Translations under genes and position numbers: made by a program
Part shown: positions 53,362 to 64,000 of the stretch, in pieces
Numbering within the stretch: the first letter of the stretch is position 1
How the letters are laid out: each line of letters opens with the position of its first letter
NCBI GenBank assembly: GCA_046052125.1
Contig: JBJOMY010000002.1
Span: 160,001-224,000, forward strand
Direction of reading: 5' to 3'
DNA from: Cyanobacteriota bacterium
GTDB lineage: Bacteria; Cyanobacteriota; Cyanobacteriia; PCC-6307; Cyanobiaceae
Length of the DNA: 64,000 nucleotides
Notes under the pieces: model-generated
What the model was told of the DNA's origin: nothing
The model's input: only the letters and a program-made list of their open reading frames with translations
Database searches by the model: none

Positions 53362-55371
53362 TCAGGCCTTACCCACCAACTTCTGGCGCAGACCCTTGAT
53401 GCGATCGCGCAGGTTGGCGGCCTCCTCAAAGTCGAGATTTTTGGCGGCGTTCTTCATCTTGTCTTCCAGCTGCTGGATCAGCTCCGGCAAGGAATCCAGC
53501 GGCACCTCGTTCTGCTCCGCCTGTTCGGCCGCCTGCTCGAGCTGATCGTCGTTGAGGCGACGCGACACCTCCAGGAACGCCAGGATCGAATTACCGGCTC
53601 GCTTGCCCGCCGGTGTGGGTGTGATGCCGTGCTTCTCGTTGTAGGTCTGCTGGATGGCGCGGCGGCGCTCGGTTTCCGAGATCGCTTTGGCCATTGAATC
53701 GGTGAGGTTGTCGGCGTAGAGCAAAGCCACACCCTCCACGTGCCGAGCGGCACGGCCGATGGTTTGGATCAGGGAGCGCTCGGCCCGCAGGAAGCCTTCC
53801 TTGTCCGCATCGAGGATCGCCACCAGGGACACCTCCGGCAGATCGAGCCCCTCCCGCAGCAGGTTCACCCCCACCAGCACGTCGTATTCGCCGTTTCTGA
53901 GGTCTTGGATGATCTCGATCCGCTCCAGTGAGTGAATCTCGGAGTGGAGGTAGCGCACCCGCACGCCGTTCTCAGCCAGGTAATCGGTGAGGTCTTCGGC
54001 CATGCGCTTGGTGAGGGTCGTCACCAGCACCCGCTCCTGTTTCTCCGCCCGGGTGCGGATCTCACCGAGCAGATCGTCCACCTGACCATCGGTGGGGCGC
54101 ACCTCAACGATCGGATCGAGCACACCGGTGGGGCGAATCACCTGCTCAACCACCTGGCCATTGCTCTGGCGCATCTCCCAATCGCCTGGGGTGGCGCTCA
54201 CGAAGATCGTCTGGCGCGCCTTTTCCCAGAACTCCTCACCCTTAAGGGGGCGGTTATCGGCGGCGGAGGGAAGCCGGAAGCCGTGCTCGATCAGCACCTG
54301 CTTGCGCGACTGATCGCCGTTGTACATCGCCTGGAGCTGGGAGCAGGTGACGTGGCTCTCATCCACCACCAGCAACCAGTCGTCGGGGAAGTAATCGATC
54401 AGGCATTCCGGCGGTGTGCCGGCCGGTCGACCCGCCAGATGCCGGGCGTAGTTCTCCACGCCATTGCAGTAGCCCACCTGCTCGAGCATCTCGAGGTCGT
54501 AGGTGGTGCGCTGCTCCAGACGCTGAGCTTCCAGCAAGCGGCCCTGTTCATTCAGCACATCCAAGCGCTCGCGCAGCTCGCTGCGGATCTCCTTGATGGC
54601 ACCCTCCAGGCGCTCCTTCGGGGTCACGAAGTGCTTGGCGGGATAGATATTGATGCTTTCGAGGCTCTGCAGAATTTCACCGGTGGTGGGATCCACGTAG
54701 CGGATCGCCTCCACTTCATCGCCGAACAGCTCAATGCGCACGAGCCGGTCTTCGTAGGCGGGGCCGATCTCGAGCACGTCGCCGCGCACCCGGAAGCGAC
54801 CGCGGGAGATCTCCAGGTCGTTGCGGGAATACTGGTTGTTCACCAGCTCCCGCAGGGAGCCGCGCAGGTTGAGGGTGGAGCCCACCTCGAACTTCACTGC
54901 CGCCTTGAGGTATTCACTGGGAATGCCAAGGCCGTAGATGCAGCTGATCGAGGCCACAACGATCACATCGCGGCGCTCAAACAAGGAGCGAGTCGCCGAG
55001 TGGCGCAGCATGTCGATCTCTTCGTTGATCGATGCCGTCTTGGCGATATAGGTGTCGGAGACGGGCACATACGCCTCCGGCTGGTAGTAGTCGTAGTAAG
55101 AGATGAAATATTCGACTGCGTTGTTGGGGAAGAACTCCCGCAACTCATTGCACAACTGAGCCGCCAGCGTCTTGTTGTGCGCGAGCACCAATGCCGGCCG
55201 GCCGGTGCTGGCAATCACATTGGCGATCGTGAAGGTTTTGCCGGTGCCGGTGGCCCCCAGCAGGGTCTGATAGCGCTCACCACCCTCAACGCCAGCCACC
55301 AACCCGGCGATCGCAGTGGGCTGATCACCCTTGGGGCTATAGGGGGCGCGGAGGTCGTAGGGGCTGGCCAT
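53362..55371 (-). CDS. uvrB: Excinuclease ABC subunit B
   Basis: [30 protein letters not shown]. Confidence 0.98.
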   Translation of the reverse strand: MASPYDLRAPYSPKGDQPTAIAGLVAGVEGGERYQTLLGATGTGKTFTIANVIASTGRPALVLAHNKTLAAQLCNELREFFPNNAVEYFISYYDYYQPEAYVPVSDTYIAKTASINEEIDMLRHSATRSLFERRDVIVVASISCIYGLGIPSEYLKAAVKFEVGSTLNLRGSLRELVNNQYSRNDLEISRGRFRVRGDVLEIGPAYEDRLVRIELFGDEVEAIRYVDPTTGEILQSLESINIYPAKHFVTPKERLEGAIKEIRSELRERLDVLNEQGRLLEAQRLEQRTTYDLEMLEQVGYCNGVENYARHLAGRPAGTPPECLIDYFPDDWLLVVDESHVTCSQLQAMYNGDQSRKQVLIEHGFRLPSAADNRPLKGEEFWEKARQTIFVSATPGDWEMRQSNGQVVEQVIRPTGVLDPIVEVRPTDGQVDDLLGEIRTRAEKQERVLVTTLTKRMAEDLTDYLAENGVRVRYLHSEIHSLERIEIIQDLRNGEYDVLVGVNLLREGLDLPEVSLVAILDADKEGFLRAERSLIQTIGRAARHVEGVALLYADNLTDSMAKAISETERRRAIQQTYNEKHGITPTPAGKRAGNSILAFLEVSRRLNDDQLEQAAEQAEQNEVPLDSLPELIQQLEDKMKNAAKNLDFEEAANLRDRIKGLRQKLVGKA

Positions 55372-55426
55372 CAACCCATTCTCGGGGAGATGGCCGGCCC
55401 ATTGCGGTCGCCGTTCTGGCCGTGGC

Positions 55427-56197
55427 TCAGAGGGCGGCCTTCACGGCGGTGCCCAGGGCCTCACGCAGACCGCGCACCACTGCAACCATTGCCAGCTCGT
55501 CGTTGAGCTTGTTCACGGCAGAACCCACGCCCACGCCGGAGGCGCCGGCGGCGATCGCCATCGGCACGGTGACGGCGGAGAGACCGGAGGCGCAGAGCAC
55601 GGGGGCATCGAGCTCAGCGGCCTGCACGGCGCGGCTGATGCTGTGGGCAGCGGCCAGGGTGGGGGCGGCCTTCTCGATCAAGCCGAGGCTGCCGGCGCTG
55701 AAGGGCTTGGCGCTGGTGCCGCCTTCGGTCTGGATGATGTCGGCGCCAGCCGCCACCAGATCCACCGCCAGTTGCTCCTGCTGATCGAGGGGGAGCACGT
55801 GGGGCACGGTGACACTCAGCACCACCTCGGGCAGCAGCTCACGGGTGCGGCGGGTGATCTCGAGCACTTCAACGGCATCGAAGATGCGGCCGAGGGGATA
55901 AAAGGCGTCGTAGTTGCCGATTTCCACCATGGCGGCACCGGCGGCCACCGCAGCGGGGAACAGTTCAGGATCCACGGCGCTCACGCAGATCGGCAGGCCG
56001 CTCACGGCAGCGGCGAGCTGCACCAGAGCCGGATCGCAGGCCACATCGATCAGATCGGCGCCACCGAGACCCGCAGCGCGGCTGATGCGCTCCACACTGG
56101 CGGCATCGAAGTTGGTGAGGCCGGCGATCACCTTGAGGGCGCGGCGCTCCACCAGAGCTGTGCGAAGCGATGCGGGCAGCTGGGCGAGACGCGACAT
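55427..56197 (-). CDS. DUF561/Ycf23 family protein
   Basis: [36 protein letters not shown]. Confidence 0.85.
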   Translation of the reverse strand: MSRLAQLPASLRTALVERRALKVIAGLTNFDAASVERISRAAGLGGADLIDVACDPALVQLAAAVSGLPICVSAVDPELFPAAVAAGAAMVEIGNYDAFYPLGRIFDAVEVLEITRRTRELLPEVVLSVTVPHVLPLDQQEQLAVDLVAAGADIIQTEGGTSAKPFSAGSLGLIEKAAPTLAAAHSISRAVQAAELDAPVLCASGLSAVTVPMAIAAGASGVGVGSAVNKLNDELAMVAVVRGLREALGTAVKAAL

Positions 56198-56249
56198 GCC
56201 AGTGCAGACAGAGTGGGTCGATTCTCCCACGCAGCATTTGGCGTGAGCG

Positions 56250-57221
56250 ATGGCAGAACGCTGGAGCCCCTACCACCTGCGCCTGCATCGCTGGCTGCTC
56301 CACCGGGCGGACCTGCTCCCCGACGGCGCCGGCCTGCTGCTGGCCGTTTCCGGCGGACAGGATTCGATGGCCCTGCTGGGCTTGCTGATGGATCTGCGGC
56401 GCCTGCATCACTGGCGGCTGCAGCTTTGGCACGGCAATCACCAGCTCCGGCCCAACGCCACCGAACAGGCCGATGAACTGGAGGCCTGGGCCCGGCAGCA
56501 GCAGCTGCCCATTCAGGTGGACACCTGGATCCACCCCAGGACCGACGAGGCCGCCGCCCGGGCCTGGCGCTACGACGCTCTAGCGGCCGCAGCACGCGCC
56601 GGCGGGGTGAGCCATGTGGTGACGGGACACACGGCCAGCGACCGGGCCGAAACCCTGCTGTTGCAGCTGGCCCGCGGCAGCCACCGCCGCGGCCTGGCCA
56701 GCCTGCGACCCACACGCAGCCTGGCGCCGGATCTCACCCTCACCAGGCCACTGCTGCTGTTCAGCCGAGCCGAAACCGCCCTGATTCGCGAGCAGCTGTA
56801 CCTACCGCTCTGGCTGGATGCCAGCAACAACGAAGCACGGTTCAGCCGCAACCGGGTGCGCCAGGAGGTGATGCCCGTGCTCGAGCAGATCCACCCGGGG
56901 GCCGCGCGCCGCATCAGCGGCGTGGCCGAACGGCTGGCCCAGGAACACGACAGCCAGCAACAACTGGTGGAGCTGGCCCTTAGCGGCCTCCGCAGCGAAA
57001 TCGACCGCTTGAATCGCCGCGGCCTGATCGCTCTGCAGCCGGCCAATCAACGCCTGATGCTCCAGGCCTGGCTGGAACAGCTGGGCCTGCCGCCCCTGCC
57101 CGCCGATCAGCTGCAAACGCTGTTGGATCGATTAGGCCCCTCGCAGCCTCCCGGCCGTCTGGCCCTCCCGGCCGACCACTGGCTGCACTGGGATCGCCAA
57201 CAGCTCTGGCTCGAGCCCTAA
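56250..57221 (+). CDS. tilS: tRNA(Ile)-lysidine synthetase
   Basis: AVSGGQDS, AARAWRY, TGHTASDRAET, SRNRVR. Confidence 0.93.
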   Translation: MAERWSPYHLRLHRWLLHRADLLPDGAGLLLAVSGGQDSMALLGLLMDLRRLHHWRLQLWHGNHQLRPNATEQADELEAWARQQQLPIQVDTWIHPRTDEAAARAWRYDALAAAARAGGVSHVVTGHTASDRAETLLLQLARGSHRRGLASLRPTRSLAPDLTLTRPLLLFSRAETALIREQLYLPLWLDASNNEARFSRNRVRQEVMPVLEQIHPGAARRISGVAERLAQEHDSQQQLVELALSGLRSEIDRLNRRGLIALQPANQRLMLQAWLEQLGLPPLPADQLQTLLDRLGPSQPPGRLALPADHWLHWDRQQLWLEP

Positions 57222-57313
57222 GCGCCGAGGCTGCAGAGCACCTCGGCCAGCGGCAAAACCAGCGCAAGCGGCTTAAACAGGGGAGCACCCCACGTAGGCA
57301 GCCAACCGGCACC

Positions 57314-58015
57314 ATGCAAAGCGCTCTGGAGCAGGCCTACAGCGCCATCGAGCGGAGCTATGCCCAGGGCCACTTCCCGGAAGCGCTGGAGCAGGCCATG
57401 GCGCTGCAGCCCCAACTCGAGCCAGGGCGAGCGGACCTGCTCGATCAGCGCCTGCAGCTGCTCATCGGCCACATCCATCTGTATGGCCTGGCTCAGCCCC
57501 AGCAAGCGGAACTGGCCTACGGCGCCGTGCTCAACCAGTGCAACGAAGCGGGCTACCGGCGGTTGGCCGAGCAGGGCCTGGCTCAGTGCCAGGGGGAACC
57601 TGCAACAGAACCACAGGCACGCGAGCCGGAACCCTTCAACCTGCCAGCCACGCCTTGGCTGGCGCAGCTGCGCGATCCCCAGCAAGCGCTGGCGGAGATT
57701 CAACAGGCGTGGGCGTCGGTACCAGCGGCAACACCAGCCGCCCAGCCGGAGCCTCAGCCGCTGGCCGGCAGTGGGATCGCTGCCAGCCCCTGGGACTCTG
57801 CAGCGCAAGCACAGATACCGGAGACGCCACCGGTTACGGCCGCGGAAACCGATTCACCTGAACCGGATTCGCCCGACACCGATGGATCTGAACCCGCGGG
57901 AGCAACGAGCTCAGAGCAAACCAACCCTGAAACCACTGCCGAGTCGGTGGCTGATGAGCTCGACAAGGGTCTGCTGCTGGTGAAGCTCTCCAGCCCGGGC
58001 GGCCAGCGGGACTGA
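57314..58015 (+). CDS. Hypothetical protein with a TPR-like N-terminus and a low-complexity acidic C-terminus
   Basis: Helical Y...G.F..AL pattern; Pro/Glu/Thr-rich tail. Confidence 0.65.
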   Translation: MQSALEQAYSAIERSYAQGHFPEALEQAMALQPQLEPGRADLLDQRLQLLIGHIHLYGLAQPQQAELAYGAVLNQCNEAGYRRLAEQGLAQCQGEPATEPQAREPEPFNLPATPWLAQLRDPQQALAEIQQAWASVPAATPAAQPEPQPLAGSGIAASPWDSAAQAQIPETPPVTAAETDSPEPDSPDTDGSEPAGATSSEQTNPETTAESVADELDKGLLLVKLSSPGGQRD

Positions 58016-58042
58016 GCCCGCCGGCGCCCAGGGCAGAGCCGA

Positions 58043-60028
58043 TCAGCTGGCGGCGGCTGAGCGGCGGCGGCGGGTGCGGCCGCTGATCTCAGGCTCTTCG
58101 GTGCGGGCCGGTGTTGCGGCGGCAGCCACTGGAGCCGGAGCTGCAGCAGCGGCGGCGGGAGCAGCTGGGGCAGCTCCAACGGCCGCCAGCTCGCGGCGGG
58201 GCTGGGCGGCACGCTCGGGACGCTCACCCCGTTGCACATCGCGGCCACCGCCACGGCCGCCGCGGGGGGCCGGACGACTGTCGGGCTCGGCATCGGCGCG
58301 GCCCTTGTAGGCCGGAGTGCCGCCGGGGGCGGGCTGCACCAGGCAGATGATCAGCGGCTCCACCTGCAGCTCACGGCGGAGGCGGCGTTGCAGACCGATC
58401 TCGATCTCGCGTTGCACACCCATCCAATCCACGTCGGGTGCCTTGCCTCCGCTGTTGCGCGAGAGCTGCTGCCAGCGGTTCTCGAGCACCCAGGTGATCT
58501 CGCGCTCGGCCCAGAGGCTGAGCTTGCGCGGATCGGCGGCGGTCACCACACCGCGCAGATTCACGCGAGGCGGAGCGGCCATCACGCCATCGGTGCTGAT
58601 CACCGCGAGCATGGTGATCACGCCGTCATCAGCGAGCTGCTGACGCTCCTTGAGCACGCGGGCATCAACGATGCCGTTGCGGGAAGCATCGAGCAGCTCA
58701 ATTCCGGCCTTCACCGGCTCACCTTTATTGATCGAATCGGGGGTGAGTTCGACCACATCACCGTTATCGATGATCAGGATGTTTTCGGCGGGAATCCCCA
58801 TGGATTGCGCTGTTTTGCTGTGGCAAACGAGCATGCGGTGCTCGCCGTGCACAGGCACGAAATACTTCGGCTTGGTGAGCGCCAGCATCAGTTTCTGGTC
58901 TTCCTGGAAGCCGTGACCAGACACGTGAATGCCTTCGCCCTTGCCGTACACCACCTTGGCGCCCAGCATCATCAGCCGGTCGATGGTGTTCACCACAGAG
59001 ATGGTGTTCCCGGGAATGGGGCTGGCGGAGAAGATGATCGTGTCTGAGTTCTTAACCTGCACCTGCGGGTGCTCACCGCGGGAGATGCGGCTCAGAGCAG
59101 CCAGTGGCTCACCCTGGCTACCGGTCATCAGCAGCAGGGTTTCGCGATCGGGCAGATCACGGATCTGCTTGATCGGCACAAACAGATCATCAGGGGCGCG
59201 CATGTAGCCCAGCTCACGCGCCTTGGCGATCACGTTGAGCATGGAGCGACCGAGCAGGCCCACCTTGCGGCCGTTCTTGAGGGCCAGCTCGAGAATCATC
59301 GCCACCCGGTGAATCGAGCTAGCGAAGGTGGTGATGATCACCCGGCCTTCCGCCTGGGAGATGTGGCGATCCAGGCAGGGGAACACGGAGCGCTCTGGCG
59401 GGCAGAAGCCCGGCACCTCGGAGTTGGTGGAATCGCTGAACAGGCAAAGCACACCCTGCTCGCCGTAGTGGGCCAGGCGGGCCATGTCGAAGGTTTCACC
59501 GTCGACGGGGGTGTGATCGAACTTGAAGTCACCGGTGAAGATCACGGTGCCCACCGGCGTGGTGATGGCCAGCGAGAAGCTGTCGGCCATCGAGTGGGTG
59601 TTACGGATGAACTCCACCGAGAAGTGCTGACCCACCTTCACCACATCGCGGGGTGCGACGGTTTGAAGGATGGTGCGATCCATCACACCGGCTTCTTCCA
59701 TCTTTCCGGTGAGCATCGCCAGCGCCAGGCGCGGACCATGAATCACTGGAATATTGAAGTTCTTCAGGTGGTGAGCAATACCACCGATGTGATCTTCGTG
59801 ACCGTGGGTCACGATCATGCCGCGGATGCGCTTCTGGTTTTCCTTCAGATAGCTGGTGTCCGGCATCACCACATTGACGCCGTGCATGCCATCACTGGGG
59901 AATGCCAGACCGGCATCCACCAACATGATGTCGTCGCCGTATTCAAAAACGCAGGTGTTCTTGCCGATCTCGTGAAGGCCACCGAGAGGGATGACCCGCA
60001 GGCAGGGTTTCTTGACTTGGTTCGTCAT
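58043..60028 (-). CDS. rnj: Ribonuclease J
   Basis: GGLHEIGKN, THGHEDHIG, HVSGH, PVHGE. Confidence 0.96.
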   Translation of the reverse strand: MTNQVKKPCLRVIPLGGLHEIGKNTCVFEYGDDIMLVDAGLAFPSDGMHGVNVVMPDTSYLKENQKRIRGMIVTHGHEDHIGGIAHHLKNFNIPVIHGPRLALAMLTGKMEEAGVMDRTILQTVAPRDVVKVGQHFSVEFIRNTHSMADSFSLAITTPVGTVIFTGDFKFDHTPVDGETFDMARLAHYGEQGVLCLFSDSTNSEVPGFCPPERSVFPCLDRHISQAEGRVIITTFASSIHRVAMILELALKNGRKVGLLGRSMLNVIAKARELGYMRAPDDLFVPIKQIRDLPDRETLLLMTGSQGEPLAALSRISRGEHPQVQVKNSDTIIFSASPIPGNTISVVNTIDRLMMLGAKVVYGKGEGIHVSGHGFQEDQKLMLALTKPKYFVPVHGEHRMLVCHSKTAQSMGIPAENILIIDNGDVVELTPDSINKGEPVKAGIELLDASRNGIVDARVLKERQQLADDGVITMLAVISTDGVMAAPPRVNLRGVVTAADPRKLSLWAEREITWVLENRWQQLSRNSGGKAPDVDWMGVQREIEIGLQRRLRRELQVEPLIICLVQPAPGGTPAYKGRADAEPDSRPAPRGGRGGGRDVQRGERPERAAQPRRELAAVGAAPAAPAAAAAAPAPVAAAATPARTEEPEISGRTRRRRSAAAS

Positions 60029-60114
60029 TCAGGAAGAGGAGTCCGGCGCAGCCGGATGCAGAACGGAAACATCGGGGGAGCAAACGCCATGGCGCGCTCC
60101 AGTGGGCCTTGGCG

Positions 60115-61044
60115 TCAGGTAGGACGCAGGGCTGCAAGAACGGAAGAGAGTCGGTCGCGCACGTCGTTAGAAGCGGATACGAGAGGAAGCCTTGGGGCAC
60201 CCACGGGCCAGCCGCTGAGCTCCAGCGCGGCTTTCACGGGGATGGGATTGGTGGTGCAGAACATCGCCCTGCAGAGGGGCAGCAGTTGTTCGTGCACGGA
60301 GAGGGCGGTGCGGAGGTCGCCGGCCAGGAAGGCCTGCACCATCTGCTGGATCTGATCACCAGCCACATGGCTGGCCACGCTCACCACACCCACCGCACCA
60401 ACAGCGAGCATCGGCAAGGTGAGGGCGTCATCACCGCTGTAGATCGCCAGCCGTTCGCCGCAGAGGGCCCGCAGTGCACTCACCTCCTCGGTGGTGCCGC
60501 TGGCGGCCTTGAAGCTCACCAGGTTGGGAAGATCCATCAGCCGAGCCGTGGTCTCGGGGCTGATGCTGCAACCGGTGCGGCCCGGAATGTTGTAGAGCAT
60601 CAGCGGCAACTGGGGCGCCGCTGCAGCCACGGCGCGGAAATGGGCCTCGAGGCCCTCTTGGGGCGGCTTGTTGTAGTAGGGCACCACCACCAGAGCGCCG
60701 TCAGCCCCGAGGGCCGCCGCTTCAGCAATCGCTTCCACCGCTTCCGCGGTGCAGTTGCTGCCGGTGCCCGCCAGCAGGCTGGCCCGCTGACCCACCGCCT
60801 CTTTCACGGCGGAGAAGAGCTGATGCTGCTCCTCCCAGCTGAGGGTGGGGGATTCTCCGGTGGTGCCACACAGCACCAGACCATCGGAGCCGTGATCCAC
60901 CAGATGGCTGGCCAGCCGTGCCGCCAGCTCCAGATCCACCGACCCATCGGCGGCAAAGGGGGTCACCATGGCCGTCACCACCCGGCCGAAGGGGGCGGGG
61001 GAGGCTGCGCCGGCGGTGAGGGGAGTCGACGCCATGGCGCTCAT
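60115..61044 (-). CDS. dapA: 4-hydroxy-tetrahydrodipicolinate synthase
   Basis: [28 protein letters not shown]. Confidence 0.97.
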   Translation of the reverse strand: MSAMASTPLTAGAASPAPFGRVVTAMVTPFAADGSVDLELAARLASHLVDHGSDGLVLCGTTGESPTLSWEEQHQLFSAVKEAVGQRASLLAGTGSNCTAEAVEAIAEAAALGADGALVVVPYYNKPPQEGLEAHFRAVAAAAPQLPLMLYNIPGRTGCSISPETTARLMDLPNLVSFKAASGTTEEVSALRALCGERLAIYSGDDALTLPMLAVGAVGVVSVASHVAGDQIQQMVQAFLAGDLRTALSVHEQLLPLCRAMFCTTNPIPVKAALELSGWPVGAPRLPLVSASNDVRDRLSSVLAALRPT

Positions 61045-62117
61045 GCGCTCACTCCAGCGGTGGCGGCTCCCGCAGCAGCGGCAAGCGCGGGATCCATCAG
61101 CAACTCAGCAATCTGGATGGCGTTGAGGGCTGCGCCCTTACGGATCTGATCACCACAGAGCCAGAGCTCGAGGGCATTGGGCTCGCTGAGGTCCTGGCGG
61201 ATCCGGCCCACGGCCACCGCATCCCGGCCCGTCACATCGGTAGGCATCGGGAAGCGATTGGCGTTGAAGTCTTCAATCAGCTCGACGCCCGGAGCCTCTG
61301 CCAGCAGAGCCCGGGCTTCCTCCACCGGGAATGGCTCATTGAATTCAATGTTGATCGCCTCGGAGTGGGCCCGCAGCACCGGCACCCGCACACAGGTGGC
61401 CGACACCCGCAGATCCGGCAAACCCATGATCTTGCGGGTTTCGTTGAGCATCTTGAGCTCTTCCTCGCAGTAGCCGTTGTCCTGCAGCGGGGAGTTGTGC
61501 AGGAAGAGGTTGAACGCAAGCGAGTGGGGCAGCACGCTGCTCTGGGGCGTGCCCCCATCGAGCACGGTGCGGCTGAGCTGAGCCAGCTCCTCCATGGCGC
61601 GAGCGCCTGCACCACTGGCCGATTGATAGGTGCTCACCACCACGCGACGCAGGGAGCGGCGGGCCGCCAGCGGCGCCAGGGCCAGCGTCATCAAGATGGT
61701 GGTGCAGTTGGGGTTGGCGATCACCCCGTTGTGGTGGAAGGCGGCGTGGGGGTTCACCTCGGGCACCACCAGCGGCACCTCCGCATCCATGCGGAACGCA
61801 CTGGAGTTGTCGATCACCACCGCACCCGCGGCAGCCGCCACAGGCGCCCACTGCTTCGACACCGAGCCGCCGGCGGAGGCCAGCACCACATCCACGCCGT
61901 TGAAGGCCTCGGCGCTCACGGGCTCGATCGTGAGGGTCTGGCCGTTCCACTCAACCTGTTGACCAGCCGAGCGGGGTGACGCCAGCAGGGTGAGCCGCGC
62001 CACCGGGAAACGGCGCTCAGCCAACAGCAGCAGCAGCTCCTGACCCACAGCACCGCTGGCGCCGAGAACGGCTACGTGCAGGGGGCGCTGGGGCAGAGGG
62101 CGAATGGAGCTGGTCAA
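61041..62117 (-). CDS. asd: Aspartate-semialdehyde dehydrogenase
   Basis: [33 protein letters not shown]. Confidence 0.97.
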   Translation of the reverse strand: MTSSIRPLPQRPLHVAVLGASGAVGQELLLLLAERRFPVARLTLLASPRSAGQQVEWNGQTLTIEPVSAEAFNGVDVVLASAGGSVSKQWAPVAAAAGAVVIDNSSAFRMDAEVPLVVPEVNPHAAFHHNGVIANPNCTTILMTLALAPLAARRSLRRVVVSTYQSASGAGARAMEELAQLSRTVLDGGTPQSSVLPHSLAFNLFLHNSPLQDNGYCEEELKMLNETRKIMGLPDLRVSATCVRVPVLRAHSEAINIEFNEPFPVEEARALLAEAPGVELIEDFNANRFPMPTDVTGRDAVAVGRIRQDLSEPNALELWLCGDQIRKGAALNAIQIAELLMDPALAAAAGAATAGVSA

Positions 62118-62409
62118 CGGACGTTCAGAAGAAAACGGTGAATGCTGAAAAACGGGAGCTCAGTCGGGGAGCTCAACCAACAGCTGTCCAATGGGCTTGG
62201 AGAGACAGGCTGCGCAGGAAGCGATCTGCCAAACATGGTGCGGAAGCCCGCTGGGCTTTCGCTAAAAACTCTTCAGGTCGCTGTTCTTGCCGCCAACAAT
62301 ACGTGCTCAACGCAGGCCCGGCGACAGAGCGTGAAAGCTCGTCACAGGTCAGTTCATAGGATCGTTGGCTGCCCTACCGAATCGCTTCGGTCTCCGACGC
62401 CACCTCTCC

Positions 62410-63846
62410 ATGAGCCCTGCCGCTTCCACCGCTAGCCAATCCGAGCTCAAGGTGAGCACCAGCCCTCGCCCCGGCAGCCGGATGGCGGTGGAGATCAGTG
62501 TTCCCGCCGGCCGCACCCAGACCAGCCATGAGCAGGCGGTGGAGAAGCTGAGCCGCACCATCAAGCTCCCCGGTTTCCGCAAGGGCAAAGTGCCCCGCAC
62601 CGTGCTGGTGCAGCAGATCGGTGCTGTGCGCATTCGCGCCACCGCCCTCGAGGAGCTGGTGGACAACGTGTTCCGCGATGCCCTCAAGCAGGCTGAAATC
62701 CCCGCCATCGGCCAACCCAGCGTGGATGGCGGATTCGAATCCCTTCTGGAGCGCTTTGAGCCCGGCAAGGAGCTGAGCCTCACCCTTGAGATGGATGTGG
62801 AGCCCACCCCCAGCCTCAAGAGCACCAAGGGGCTGAAGGCCGAGGCGGAGAGCGTGAGCTTCGATGCCGCCCGCGTCGACGAGCTGATCGAGCAATCCCG
62901 CCGCCAGCTGGCCACGCTGGTGCCGGTGGACAAGCGTGCCGCTGAATCCGGTGATGTGGCCGTGATCAACTTCTCCGGCACCTACGCCGATAACGGCGAA
63001 GCGATCAGCGGCGGCAGCGCTGATGCCATGGAAGTGGAGCTGGAAGACGGCCGCATGATCCCCGGCTTCGTGGAAGGGATCATCGGGATGAAGCCCGGTG
63101 ACAGCAAGACCGTGGCCTGCCAGTTCCCCGAGGAGTACCCCCAGGAGGACGCCGCCGGCCGCAAAGCCAGCTTTGAGATCACCCTCACCGAGCTGAAGGC
63201 CCGCGAACTGCCCGCCCTCGACGACGCCTTCGCCCAGCAGGCCAGCGACAAGCAGACCCTGGCCGAACTGCGCGCCGACCTGGAGGAGCGCCTCAAGGAG
63301 GACGCCGAGCGCCGCAACCAGTCGAACCGCCACGACGCCCTGCTGGCGGCCCTGGTGGAGCAGCTCGAGGTGGAACTGCCCGAAACCCTGGTGCAGGAGG
63401 AGATCATCTCGCTGCTAGAGCAAACCGCCGGTCAGCTCGCCCAGCAGGGCATGGACGTGAAGAAGCTGTTCACCCCTCAGCTGATCCAGAGCCTGCGCGA
63501 AACCTCCCGCCCGGAGGCCGAAGAGCGCCTCAAGCGCAGCCTGGCCCTCAAGGCCCTGGCCACCACCGAGAAAATCGAGGTGGCCGCCGATGAGATCGAG
63601 GCCAAGGTGAAGGAGCTCAGCCGTGGCTTCAGCGACAGCTCCCGCATCGATCCCGCCCGCCTGCGCCAGGCCGTGCAGGAAGACCTGATGCGCGAAAAGC
63701 TGATGGGCTGGCTGGAGAGCAACTCCACCATCACCGAAAAGGCCCCCGAAGCCGAGGGCGACCAAGCCAAGAAGGCGGCAGCCAAGAAGAGCACCGCCAA
63801 AAAGGCCAAGGCGGAGACCGACGCCGAGCCCGCTGCCGAAGCCTGA
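62410..63846 (+). CDS. tig: Trigger factor
   Basis: [25 protein letters not shown]. Confidence 0.97.
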   Translation: MSPAASTASQSELKVSTSPRPGSRMAVEISVPAGRTQTSHEQAVEKLSRTIKLPGFRKGKVPRTVLVQQIGAVRIRATALEELVDNVFRDALKQAEIPAIGQPSVDGGFESLLERFEPGKELSLTLEMDVEPTPSLKSTKGLKAEAESVSFDAARVDELIEQSRRQLATLVPVDKRAAESGDVAVINFSGTYADNGEAISGGSADAMEVELEDGRMIPGFVEGIIGMKPGDSKTVACQFPEEYPQEDAAGRKASFEITLTELKARELPALDDAFAQQASDKQTLAELRADLEERLKEDAERRNQSNRHDALLAALVEQLEVELPETLVQEEIISLLEQTAGQLAQQGMDVKKLFTPQLIQSLRETSRPEAEERLKRSLALKALATTEKIEVAADEIEAKVKELSRGFSDSSRIDPARLRQAVQEDLMREKLMGWLESNSTITEKAPEAEGDQAKKAAAKKSTAKKAKAETDAEPAAEA

Positions 63847-63884
63847 TCCCCATAGATTGGCCGGACTGACGACAGTCCGGCCGC

Positions 63885-64000
63885 GTGATCAACGCCAGCA
63901 CCCCTCACCCGATCCAGAACCGCTGGCTGGGGACTCGCCCGGAAGCCACCATTGCCTCACCAGCCCCGGTGGCAGCTCCGGGCGTGCTGCCCACCGTGGT
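63885..64000 (+). CDS. clpP: ATP-dependent Clp protease proteolytic subunit, 5' part only
   Basis: GTG frame MINASTPHPIQNRW...PGVLPTVV matches the ClpP N-terminus; canonical position after tig. Confidence 0.7.
   Translation, partial: MINASTPHPIQNRWLGTRPEATIASPAPVAAPGVLPTV

Noticed and set aside
53932..55506. 524-aa + strand ORF
   Set aside because: Antisense to uvrB.
58043..58310. Ala/Arg-rich repeats at the rnj 3' end
   Set aside because: Low-complexity disordered tail typical of cyanobacterial RNase J; not a DNA repeat array.

Overview
High-GC picocyanobacterial chromosome segment (Synechococcus/Cyanobium-like, judged from psbQ, the urt/ure layout, NtcA, Pho and CIRCE boxes, and HIP1 octamers). 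The first ~25 kb is a nitrogen island: an APC permease, urtABCDE, ureEF-[3-gene ABC importer]-ureG, ureDABC, a PilZ protein, a circularly permuted ATP-grasp/alpha-E/transglutaminase operon, a cupin, siroheme genes and a CnaT/TrpD2-like gene, but no nirA or narB. The rest is mostly core genome (ppk1, group 2 sigma factor, aroF, acnB, purU, psbQ, pstS, dnaK, aroE, rpsF, argG, mraY, purT, sps, uvrB, tilS, rnj, dapA, asd, tig, start of clpP). I saw no tRNA, rRNA, IS element, prophage or CRISPR array. The two strongest leads are (1) an aromatic-amino-acid-type ABC importer with a rewired, Cys-containing binding protein inserted inside the urease maturation operon and coupled to ureG, and (2) a perfect CIRCE (HrcA) operator in front of an uncharacterised 110-aa gene rather than a chaperone gene. 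All calls come from motif recognition by eye; no database searches were run.
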